The position numbers and the translations under genes are program-made. From NCBI GenBank assembly GCA_000002445.1, contig AL929603.2, positions 608,001 through 672,000 on the forward strand: 64,000 nt of DNA. Direction: 5' to 3'. The DNA is from Trypanosoma brucei. Taxonomy: Eukaryota. Under the pieces are notes generated by a model. The model worked only from the letters and a program-made list of their open reading frames with translations, was not told the origin of the DNA and made no database searches. Within the stretch, counting starts at the first letter, position 1; each line of letters starts with the position of its first letter. This document shows positions 33,279 through 43,238 of the stretch, in pieces.

Positions 33279-35237
33279 TCAGGACCTCTTGGGCGCGATC
33301 CCGTTGCCCTCCGCATTGGGTGTCACATCGCTGTCCCCTTCACAGACAGTTTCTTTCCCCTCAGGGGAAACATCAGCCGCCACCTTCCTCACGGGTTTGC
33401 CGTCTCCATCCAACTCCTCGTCCATGCGAGCATCGGGGAGAAGAGTAAAGATGAGAGGGATCTGAATGCACGGTGCCACGAAGCCGGAAATGAGCACAAG
33501 CCACTTTACATTGGCGAAGTCACATGGCACCAGTGTTTTCACAGGCAGAGCATATTCCATTATAACTGACCCAAGGGAACTACCCACCGTGCTACCGAAA
33601 TTGCTCGATGCAGCAAGAATAGCGTACACAGTACTCTCGCTTCCACGAGGACACAACCGTGAAAGAATAATGGTTAACGGCATCCAGTTCATCATCCCGA
33701 TCACAGGAGATATGACGACATCGCAGCAGAAGTAAATCAAGTAGTCACTGACGTATGGCCGGTTCCATCGCATCACTATAATGAAGTCGAAGATGTTGGA
33801 GACGATGAGGAACACCAGTGTCAAGAAGTAAGTCATCCGATAAGTCTTTTTTGAAAGGAAGTAATTGAACAGCACGACACCCAGAGCTGAAGTGACACTT
33901 CCAACTGTTCCACCAACAGTCTGCAGGAAAAAAAGACTGAAGTGAGGTCCACCCGGATTGCAATCGGGTCCGCTCAGGAAGAACGGGGTGACAGCACCAC
34001 CAAAAGACACCGTAGACGCATTGTTCAAGTAACTGAACAGATTCACCTTCGCGACCGCCCACGACAGCGCATAGAAATTGAAAGAGCAGTGCCCCACGGA
34101 AACGACAGCCGCGGCAATGAGTAAATGCAGCCTCGATCCAAACAAGGAGGTTATGGCAACACCAACAACAAAGAATGCTATTAGCACGCTGTATATTGTC
34201 TCACGCTTGTTGCGCTCAAGGACCTCTTCGTTCATCTGGAACACACCGCAGCAGCACTCACGAGGCTCCCTGAACACAAATGGCTTCACAGCTGCCTCAC
34301 CGCCGTCAGCGTTAGGCCCCGCCACCGGCTCGCTGTTTGTCACTTGGCGCTCCACCATCCCACCATTTACGTCAATTGGATCATTGTCATCAGCCACCGG
34401 AGGGGTGTCCTTAGCCTCTTTTAACTTCTGCTCGTGGAGCACATGGGCATCGATGTACCGCTCCTCACGGTTGGGCAGTTCACCAAACCAATTGAACAGG
34501 AAGAATGGTGCCACCAGCAGCTGGACAGCGCTACCTATCATGGGAGATATCTGCGGTATGCCAGCGTCACCCAAAGGACCAACAATAACGGAAACAAAGA
34601 GACCAGCCAGGATAATGAACCACCAAACCCAACTCACCAGAGCAGGCCCTGGACCAGGCACACGGCGCATCATCCGGCTGTATAGTCCCTGCGATAGAAT
34701 GTCCGTACATGCCCTGCTGAGCCCAGAGAAGAAGAGGAACACGGAAGCAATTGCTGCACTCGATGGCTGCGCTGGGAGCAGAGCAAAGCCAAGGGAGAAT
34801 GCGGGACCGACGAGATTCGCCACAAACATGTACCACCGTTTGGTATAACCGAAGAACGGGAATATGTCGCTGATAGCAGCCAAAAGAGGCTTCACAGACC
34901 ACCCCATGCCGGCGATGTTAGTTAGCCGCTGGTAGACAAGACCCTCGACAGTGAAACGGTTCAAAAACATCGCAATAATGGATCCACCAACAAGTCCGTC
35001 AGCAAGACCCTTACACAAGAAATACGATAATCCAATGGAAAGCACGGGCTTAGGACCATAGCCCTCAGCTGCCTCCCCGAACAAGGGGATGTGCCGAAGA
35101 CACGGAACCTTGTTGAACAGGGCCCGTGCCTCGGGGTGCACAAACGTTGCCTCCTTAGATTCCTCACTGTGTAGCTCAGCGACGAGTACGGCATCACCAC
35201 CCCGCGCATCGAACGAACCATCTTCCTGTCGACCCAT
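33279..35237 (-). CDS. folate/biopterin (pteridine) transporter, BT1/FBT family, 652 aa (array copy 1, promoter-distal)
   Basis: Polytopic membrane protein with about 12 hydrophobic segments. The N-terminal 'PLFGEAAEGYGPKPVLSIGLSYFLCKGLADGLVGGSIIAMFL' matches the conserved BT1-family N-terminal motif of Leishmania/Trypanosoma pteridine and folate transporters. There is a long cytosolic loop between TM6 and TM7 (from memory). Confidence 0.85.
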   Translation of the reverse strand: MGRQEDGSFDARGGDAVLVAELHSEESKEATFVHPEARALFNKVPCLRHIPLFGEAAEGYGPKPVLSIGLSYFLCKGLADGLVGGSIIAMFLNRFTVEGLVYQRLTNIAGMGWSVKPLLAAISDIFPFFGYTKRWYMFVANLVGPAFSLGFALLPAQPSSAAIASVFLFFSGLSRACTDILSQGLYSRMMRRVPGPGPALVSWVWWFIILAGLFVSVIVGPLGDAGIPQISPMIGSAVQLLVAPFFLFNWFGELPNREERYIDAHVLHEQKLKEAKDTPPVADDNDPIDVNGGMVERQVTNSEPVAGPNADGGEAAVKPFVFREPRECCCGVFQMNEEVLERNKRETIYSVLIAFFVVGVAITSLFGSRLHLLIAAAVVSVGHCSFNFYALSWAVAKVNLFSYLNNASTVSFGGAVTPFFLSGPDCNPGGPHFSLFFLQTVGGTVGSVTSALGVVLFNYFLSKKTYRMTYFLTLVFLIVSNIFDFIIVMRWNRPYVSDYLIYFCCDVVISPVIGMMNWMPLTIILSRLCPRGSESTVYAILAASSNFGSTVGSSLGSVIMEYALPVKTLVPCDFANVKWLVLISGFVAPCIQIPLIFTLLPDARMDEELDGDGKPVRKVAADVSPEGKETVCEGDSDVTPNAEGNGIAPKRS

Positions 35238-37276
35238 CGTCAGCTTTTATGACCAATGCTTAGCTAACATTCACGAGCCACACACAAAACAATACGAAAA
35301 ACAAAGAGGTGAGAAGATATGTTGAGGAATCAAATAATAAAAGAAACGCACACACGAACCACAGGGCACCAACGTTTCAACAACACCGTGCCTCAGCATA
35401 ACTATGGCACACCAAAACCTCGCACACACAAATACACAAACACGTACTTGCGCATCGGGACATCAACCAACTCTGCGAAGTTAACATTAGAGTCGATTTC
35501 CACAGCCCCTTCCTGTCTCCAGAGGGTCCTTACAGCAACCATGATTAAACGACAAAGCGTCCCTCCACAGATATAGGGAAAATTAGGTAAATATCTGCAG
35601 TAGTCCATTTATAGCACGTTCATTCTTCACATGTCAGTTAGTGGGGGAAAGGTAACATGTACGTGACGGCCGGTCCTATTATCAAGAAGTAATAGAAAAG
35701 GCACTACATACGCGTAGCCACACAACTCATGATGTGAGGATATGCAACAACACTATGATTAGCAAAAATGATACAGGCATTCGCGAACTGACTCTTATGC
35801 CACGAAACGCCCATACACACCGAAACTGCAGGAGACATTCTGTTGCTGCTAGCCCCACGGTGGATGATGGGCCATCTCACACTCCCACAACTGTGCCTTA
35901 ATGTACAACACGGAAAGTACAGCAAGAAGACGCAGCGGCCACCAACTCTTTCGCAACGTTGCGTAACCACGTTGATATCCTCTCGGATCAGCAGAAAACT
36001 TTCGCCCGCTGATTGCCCGACCTACACCTCAACATTGTTATCGGCGGAAGGAAGCACCACCGAGAATCTCAAATATAATCACCGTGGTCCCACCACCACT
36101 TTCAGCGCTACAGCTTCTAATCCCATCATCTTTCCCAATTAATATCCCCCTTACTCAAATATGCATCCCCCTGGGGCATGCCATCGTAATAGATAATATA
36201 AACCTTACCCCTCCACATCAGAAATGGAGGCATCATCCAAGTTATATCCCATGTTACAACCCACCCTCCTCATCCTCACAGGACATATCGTTTGTTATCC
36301 AACCAGCAAGAGCGCAATATTCTCTCATGTCCCCCTTTTGTTTCTGGTCAGTCCAACAGTTGCAAAACTAACAAATTTCGACCCCGTATTCTTGTGGTCG
36401 AGGAATGGAACAAAGCATATGCAACGCTCACTGAAAGCGGCATGACGCCACACTAGAGAAACTATACCAGCATCGATAGTAGTCAAACACTGGGTGGGAT
36501 AATAACAGCCAACATGTGCATCCAAATAACCCTTTTTCCTCCTATGCAAGCCTAAATCAGCCAACAGAAAACAAGAGGCAGCGCAATGATAACAAAGGAA
36601 GGTTAGGGGGCACCACCTGTACATAACGAGAGCAGCAGCAAGCAACGGTAAAGGAAGGAGGTTGTGATGCTGCCAAATAGTTGGGAGCACTCAACAGCAG
36701 AAAATAAAACAAGAAAAGGTAAACAAAATGAAACGGTAAGAAAATGAAGAAAATAATAAGTAAGGTGCTCTGGAAGAAAATAAATATAATATGTAGAGTA
36801 CAACATTATGACTAAAGAACGAAACTACGAGAAAATAAAACACCATTGACATGGAGGAAAGTTAGACATCAAAAGAAAAGCACCAGCGGCCACACAGTGC
36901 GAGCACACGGGTAAGCTGAGTTTGCGTCTATTTGCACAATACGTGCTTTGACTTCCAAAGACGGACACAAGTGCGCGCTGATTTCATGAGTGAGGAACGA
37001 AGTGGTGTTGCAGATTTATAACAAAAGTCACGGAGGAGAAATAATAGGGTGGTAATATAAAAAAATAAAAGGGTAAGTTACGGCACCAAGAGTGACTTTT
37101 CACAATTTCTCGGGAAGGATAAATTAAAAGAACAATGCTCCGTACAACAATGTTGGAGTGCTGATGCAACAAAAACAACATATTCATGCGTTTGTTAAGA
37201 GAGAAAAGTAATAAGAATTCATTTTCAATATTATTGCACGGCCCACCTGACATTAGTGCCAACGATACGAGCCGCG

Positions 37277-39235
37277 TCAGGACCTCTTGGGCGCGATCCC
37301 GTTGCCCTCCGCATTGGGTGTCACATCGCTGTCCCCTTCACAGACAGTTTCTTTCCCCTCAGGGGAAACATCAGCCGCCACCTTCCTCACGGGTTTGCCG
37401 TCTCCATCCAACTCCTCGTCCATGCGAGCATCGGGGAGAAGAGTAAAGATGAGAGGGATCTGAATGCACGGTGCCACGAAGCCGGAAATGAGCACAAGCC
37501 ACTTTACATTGGCGAAGTCACATGGCACCAGTGTTTTCACAGGCAGAGCATATTCCATTATAACTGACCCAAGGGAACTACCCACCGTGCTACCGAAATT
37601 GCTCGATGCAGCAAGAATAGCGTACACAGTACTCTCGCTTCCACGAGGACACAACCGTGAAAGAATAATGGTTAACGGCATCCAGTTCATCATCCCGATC
37701 ACAGGAGATATGACGAGATCGCAGCAGAAGTAAATCAAGTAGTCACTGACGTATGGCCGGTTCCATCGCATCACTATAATGAAGTCGAAGATGTTGGAGA
37801 CGATGAGGAACACCAGTGTCAAGAAGTAAGTCATCCGATAAGTCTTTTTTGAAAGGAAGTAATTGAACAGCACGACACCCAGAGCTGAAGTGACACTTTC
37901 AACTGTTCCACCAACAGTCTGCAGGAAAAAAAGACTGAAGTGAGGTCCACCCGGATTGCAATCGGGTCCGCTCAGGAAGAACGGGGTGACAGCACCACCA
38001 AAAAATAACGTAGACGCATTGTTCAAGTAACTGAACAGATTCACCTTCGCGACCGCCCACGACAGCGCATAGAAATTGAAAGAGCAGTGCCCCACGGAAA
38101 CGACAGCCGCGGCAATGAGTAAATGCAGCCTCGATCCAAACAAGGAGGTTATGGCAACACCAACAACAAAGAATGCTATTAGCACGCTGTATATTGTCTC
38201 ACGCTTGTTGCGCTCAAGGACCTCTTCGTTCATCTGGAACACACCGCAGCAGCACTCACGAGGCTCCCTGAACACAAATGGCTTCACAGCTGCCTCACCG
38301 CCGTCAGCGTTAGGCCCCGCCACCGGCTCGCTGTTTGTCACTTGGCGCTCCACCATCCCACCATTTACGTCAATTGGATCATTGTCATCAGCCACCGGAG
38401 GGGTGTCCTTAGCCTCTTTTAACTTCTGCTCGTGGAGCACATGGGCATCGATGTACCGCTCCTCACGGTTGGGCAGTTCACCAAACCAATTGAACAGGAA
38501 GAATGGTGCCACCAGCAGCTGGACAGCGCTACCTATCATGGGAGATATCTGCGGTATGCCAGCGTCACCCAAAGGACCAACAATAACGGAAACAAAGAGA
38601 CCAGCCAGGATAATGAACCACCAAACCCAACTCACCAGAGCAGGCCCTGGACCAGGCACACGGCGCATCATCCGGCTGTATAGTCCCTGCGATAGAATGT
38701 CCGTACATGCCCTGCTGAGCCCAGAGAAGAAGAGGAACACGGAAGCAATTGCTGCACTCGATGGCTGCGCTGGGAGCAGAGCAAAGCCAAGGGAGAATGC
38801 GGGACCGACGAGATTCGCCACAAACATGTACCACCGTTTGGTATAACCGAAGAACGGGAATATGTCGCTGATAGCAGCCAAAAGAGGCTTCACAGACCAC
38901 CCCATGCCGGCGATGTTAGTTAGCCGCTGGTAGACAAGACCCTCAACACCGAGACGATCCAAAAACATCGCAATAATGGATCCACCAACAAGTCCGTCAG
39001 CAAGACCCTTACACAAGAAATACGATAATCCAATGGAAAGCACGGGCTTAGGACCATAGCCCTCAGCTGCCTCCCCGAACAAGGGGATGTGCCGAAGACA
39101 CGGAACCTTGTTGAACAGAGCCCGTGCCTCGGGGTGCACAAACGTTGCCTCCTTAGATTCCTCACTGTGTAGCTCAGCGACGAGTACGGCATCACCACCC
39201 CGCGCATCGAACGAACCATCTTCCTGTCGACCCAT
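37277..39235 (-). CDS. folate/biopterin (pteridine) transporter, BT1/FBT family, 652 aa (array copy 2)
   Basis: About 99% identical to copy 1. It differs at a few residues, e.g. 'FLDRLGVEGL' versus copy 1 'FLNRFTVEGL', 'NASTLFFGG' versus 'NASTVSFGG', 'GGTVESVTS' versus 'GGTVGSVTS', 'CCDLVIS' versus 'CCDVVIS'. Confidence 0.85.
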   Translation of the reverse strand: MGRQEDGSFDARGGDAVLVAELHSEESKEATFVHPEARALFNKVPCLRHIPLFGEAAEGYGPKPVLSIGLSYFLCKGLADGLVGGSIIAMFLDRLGVEGLVYQRLTNIAGMGWSVKPLLAAISDIFPFFGYTKRWYMFVANLVGPAFSLGFALLPAQPSSAAIASVFLFFSGLSRACTDILSQGLYSRMMRRVPGPGPALVSWVWWFIILAGLFVSVIVGPLGDAGIPQISPMIGSAVQLLVAPFFLFNWFGELPNREERYIDAHVLHEQKLKEAKDTPPVADDNDPIDVNGGMVERQVTNSEPVAGPNADGGEAAVKPFVFREPRECCCGVFQMNEEVLERNKRETIYSVLIAFFVVGVAITSLFGSRLHLLIAAAVVSVGHCSFNFYALSWAVAKVNLFSYLNNASTLFFGGAVTPFFLSGPDCNPGGPHFSLFFLQTVGGTVESVTSALGVVLFNYFLSKKTYRMTYFLTLVFLIVSNIFDFIIVMRWNRPYVSDYLIYFCCDLVISPVIGMMNWMPLTIILSRLCPRGSESTVYAILAASSNFGSTVGSSLGSVIMEYALPVKTLVPCDFANVKWLVLISGFVAPCIQIPLIFTLLPDARMDEELDGDGKPVRKVAADVSPEGKETVCEGDSDVTPNAEGNGIAPKRS

Positions 39236-41279
39236 CGTCAGCTTTTATGACCAATGCTTAGCTAACATTCACGAGCCACACACAAAACAATACGAAAAAC
39301 AAAGAGGTGAGAAGATATGTTGAGGAATCAAATAATAAAAGAAACGCACACACGAACCACAGGGCACCAACGTTTCAACAACACCGTGCCTCAGCATAAC
39401 TATGGCACACCAAAACCTCGCACACACAAATACACAAACACGTACTTGCGCATCGGGACATCAACCAACTCTGCGAAGTTAACATTAGAGTCGATTTCCA
39501 CAGCCCCTTCCTGTCTCCAGAGGGTCCTTACAGCAACCATGATTAAACGACAAAGCGTCCCTCCACAGATATAGGGAAAATTAGGTAAATATCTGCAGTA
39601 GTCCATTTATAGCACGTTCATTCTTCACATGTCAGTTAGTGGGGGAAAGGTAACATGTACGTGACGGCCGGTCCTATTATCAAGAAGTAATAGAAAAGGC
39701 ACTACATACGCGTAGCCACACAACTCATGATGTGAGGATATGCAACAACACTATGATTAGCAAAAATGATACAGGCATTCGCGAACTGACTCTTATGCCA
39801 CGAAACGCCCATACACACCGAAACTGCAGGAGACATTCTGTTGCTGCTAGCCCCACGGTGGATGATGGGCCATCTCACACTCCCACAACTGTGCCTTAAT
39901 GTACAACACGGAAAGTACAGCAAGAAGACGCAGCGGCCACCAACTCTTTCGCAACGTTGCGTAACCACGTTGATATCCTCTCGGATCAGCAGAAAACTTT
40001 CGCCCGCTGATTGCCCGACCTACACCTCAACATTGTTATCGGCGGAAGGAAGCACCACCGAGAATCTCAAATATAATCACCGTGGTCCCACCACCACTTT
40101 CAGCGCTACAGCTTCTAATCCCATCATCTTTCCCAATTAATATCCCCCTTACTCAAATATGCATCCCCCTGGGGCATGCCATCGTAATAGATAATATAAA
40201 CCTTACCCCTCCACATCAGAAATGGAGGCATCATCCAAGTTATATCCCATGTTACAACCCACCCTCCTCATCCTCACAGGACATATCGTTTGTTATCCAA
40301 CCAGCAAGAGCGCAATATTCTCTCATGTCCCCCTTTTGTTTCTGGTCAGTCCAACAGTTGCAAAACTAACAAATTTCGACCCCGTATTCTTGTGGTCGAG
40401 GAATGGAACAAAGCATATGCAACGCTCACTGAAAGCGGCATGACGCCACACTAGAGAAACTATACCAGCATCGATAGTAGTCAAACACTGGGTGGGATAA
40501 TAACAGCCAACATGTGCATCCAAATAACCCTTTTTCCTCCTATGCAAGCCTAAATCAGCCAACAGAAAACAAGAGGCAGCGCAATGATAACAAAGGAAGG
40601 TTAGGGGGCACCACCTGTACATAACGAGAGCAGCAGCAAGCAACGGTAAAGGAAGGAGGTTGTGATGCTGCCAAATAGTTGGGAGCACTCAACAGCAGAA
40701 AATAAAACAAGAAAAGGTAAACAAAATGAAACGGTAAGAAAATGAAGAAAATAATAAGTAAGGTGCTCTGGAAGAAAATAAATATAATATGTAGAGTACA
40801 ACATTATGACTAAAGAACGAAACTACGAGAAAATAAAACACCATTGACATGGAGGAAAGTTAGACATCAAAAGAAAAGCACCAGCGGCCACACAGTGCGA
40901 GCACACGGGTAAGCTGAGTTTGCGTCTATTTGCACAATACGTGCCTTGACTTCCAAAGACGGACACAAGTGCGCGCTGATTTCATGAGTGAGGAACGAAG
41001 TGGTGTTGCAGATTTATAACAAAAGTCACAGAGGAGAAATAATAGGGTGGTAATATAAAAAAATAAAAGGGTAAGTTACGGCACCAAGAGTGACTTTTCA
41101 CAATTTCTCGGGAAGGATAAATTAAAAGAACAATGCCCCGTACAACAATGTTGGAGTGCTGATACAACAAAGGAAAAACAACATATTCATGCGTTTGTTA
41201 ATAGAGAAAAGTAATAAGAATTCATTTTCAATATTATTGCACGGCCCACCTGACATTAGTGCCAACGATACGAGCCGCG

Positions 41280-43238
41280 TCAGGACCTCTTGGGCGCGAT
41301 CCCGTTGCCCTCCGCATTGGGTGTCACATCGCTGTCCCCTTCACAGACAGTTTCTTTCCCCTCAGGGGAAACATCAGCCGCCACCTTCCTCACGGGTTTG
41401 CCGTCTCCATCCAACTCCTCGTCCATGCGAGCATCGGGGAGAAGAGTAAAGATGAGAGGGATCTGAATGCACGGTGCCACGAAGCCGGAAATGAGCACAA
41501 GCCACTTTACATTGGCGAAGTCACATGGCACCAGTGTTTTCACAGGCAGAGCATATTCCATTATAACTGACCCAAGGGAACTACCCACCGTGCCGCCGAA
41601 ATTGCTCGATGCAGCAAGAATAGCGTACACAGTACTCTCGCTTCCACGAGGACACAACCGTGAAAGAATAATGGTTAACGGCATCCAGTGCATCATCCCG
41701 ATCACAGGAGATATGACGACATCGCAGCAGAAGTAAATCAAGTAGTCACTGACGTATGGCCGGTTCCATCGCATCACTATAATGAAGTCGAAGATGTTGG
41801 AGACGATGAGGAACACCAGTGTCAAGAAGTAAGTCATCCGATAAGTCTTTTTTGAAAGGAAGTAATTGAACAGCACGACACCCAGAGCTGAAGTGACACT
41901 TCCAACTGTTCCACCAACAGTCTGCAGGAAAAAAAGACTGAAGTGAGGTCCACCCGGATTGCAATCGGGTCCGGTCAGGAAGAACGGGGTGACAGCACCA
42001 CCAAAAGACACCGTAGACGCATTGTGCAAGTAACTGAACAGATTCACCTTCGCGACCGCCCACGACAGCGCATAGAAATTGAAAGAGCAGTGCCCCACGG
42101 AAACGACAGCCGCGGCAATGAGTAAATGCAGCCTCGATCCAAACAAGGAGGTTATGGCAACACCAACAACAAAGAATGCTATTAGCACGCTGTATATTGT
42201 CTCACGCTTGTTGCGCTCAAGGACCTCTTCGTTCATCTGGAACACACCGCAGCAGCACTCACGAGGCTCCCTGAACACAAATGGCTTCACAGCTGCCTCA
42301 CCGCCGTCAGCGTTAGGCCCCGCCACCGGCTCGCTGTTTGTCACTTGGCGCTCCACCATCCCACCATTTACGTCAATTAGATCATTGTCATCAGCCACCG
42401 GAGGGGTGTCCTTAGCCTCTTTTAACTTCTGCTCGTGGAGCACATGGGCATCGATGTACCGCTCCTCACGGTTGGGCAGTTCACCAAACCAATTGAACAG
42501 GAAGAATGGTGCCACCAGCAGCTGGACAGCGCTACCTATCATGGGAGATATCTGCGGTATGCCAGCGTCACCCAAAGGACCAACAATAACGGAAACAAAG
42601 AGACCAGCCAGGATAATGAACCACCAAACCCAACTCACCAGAGCAGGCCCTGGACCAGGCACACGGCGCATCATCCGGCTGTATAGTCCCTGCGATAGAA
42701 TGTCCGTACATGCCCTGCTGAGCCCAGAGAAGAAGAGGAACACGGAAGCAATTGCTGCACTCGATGGCTGCGCTGGGAGCAGAGCAAAGCCAAGGGAGAA
42801 TGCGGGACCGACGAGATTCGCCACAAACATGTACCACCGTTTGGTATAACCGAAGAACGGGAATATGTCGCTGATAGCAGCCAAAAGAGGCTTCACAGAC
42901 CACCCCATGCCGGCGATGTTAGTTAGCCGCTGGTAGACAAGACCCTCAACACCGAAACGGTTCAAAAACATCGCAATAATGGATCCACCAACAAGTCCGT
43001 TGGCAAGACCCTTACACAAGAAATACGATAATCCAATGGAAAGCACGGGCTTAGGACCATAGCCCTCAGCTGCCTCCCCGAACAAGGGGATGTGCCGAAG
43101 ACACGGAACCTTGTTGAACAGAGCCCGTGCCTCGGGGTGCACAAACGTTGCCTCCTTAGATTCCTCACTGTGTAGCTCAGCGACGAGTACGGCATCACCA
43201 CCCCGCGCATCGAACGAACCATCTTCCTGTCGACCCAT
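41280..43238 (-). CDS. folate/biopterin (pteridine) transporter, BT1/FBT family, 652 aa (array copy 3, promoter-proximal)
   Basis: About 99% identical to copies 1 and 2. Copy-specific residues include 'KGLANGL', 'FLNRFGVEGL', 'DNDLIDV', 'YLHNAS', 'FFLTGPD', 'MMHWMP', 'SNFGGTVG'. Confidence 0.85.
   Translation of the reverse strand: MGRQEDGSFDARGGDAVLVAELHSEESKEATFVHPEARALFNKVPCLRHIPLFGEAAEGYGPKPVLSIGLSYFLCKGLANGLVGGSIIAMFLNRFGVEGLVYQRLTNIAGMGWSVKPLLAAISDIFPFFGYTKRWYMFVANLVGPAFSLGFALLPAQPSSAAIASVFLFFSGLSRACTDILSQGLYSRMMRRVPGPGPALVSWVWWFIILAGLFVSVIVGPLGDAGIPQISPMIGSAVQLLVAPFFLFNWFGELPNREERYIDAHVLHEQKLKEAKDTPPVADDNDLIDVNGGMVERQVTNSEPVAGPNADGGEAAVKPFVFREPRECCCGVFQMNEEVLERNKRETIYSVLIAFFVVGVAITSLFGSRLHLLIAAAVVSVGHCSFNFYALSWAVAKVNLFSYLHNASTVSFGGAVTPFFLTGPDCNPGGPHFSLFFLQTVGGTVGSVTSALGVVLFNYFLSKKTYRMTYFLTLVFLIVSNIFDFIIVMRWNRPYVSDYLIYFCCDVVISPVIGMMHWMPLTIILSRLCPRGSESTVYAILAASSNFGGTVGSSLGSVIMEYALPVKTLVPCDFANVKWLVLISGFVAPCIQIPLIFTLLPDARMDEELDGDGKPVRKVAADVSPEGKETVCEGDSDVTPNAEGNGIAPKRS

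Noticed and set aside
34078-34848. 256-aa + strand ORF (and matching copies at 38076-38846 and 42079-42849), plus other ORFs of about 80-110 aa, antisense to the transporter genes
   Set aside because: They lie entirely inside the strongly supported - strand BT1-family CDS. Their S/T/P/R-rich composition is typical of antisense frames of GC3-biased genes. They recur only because the whole unit is repeated.
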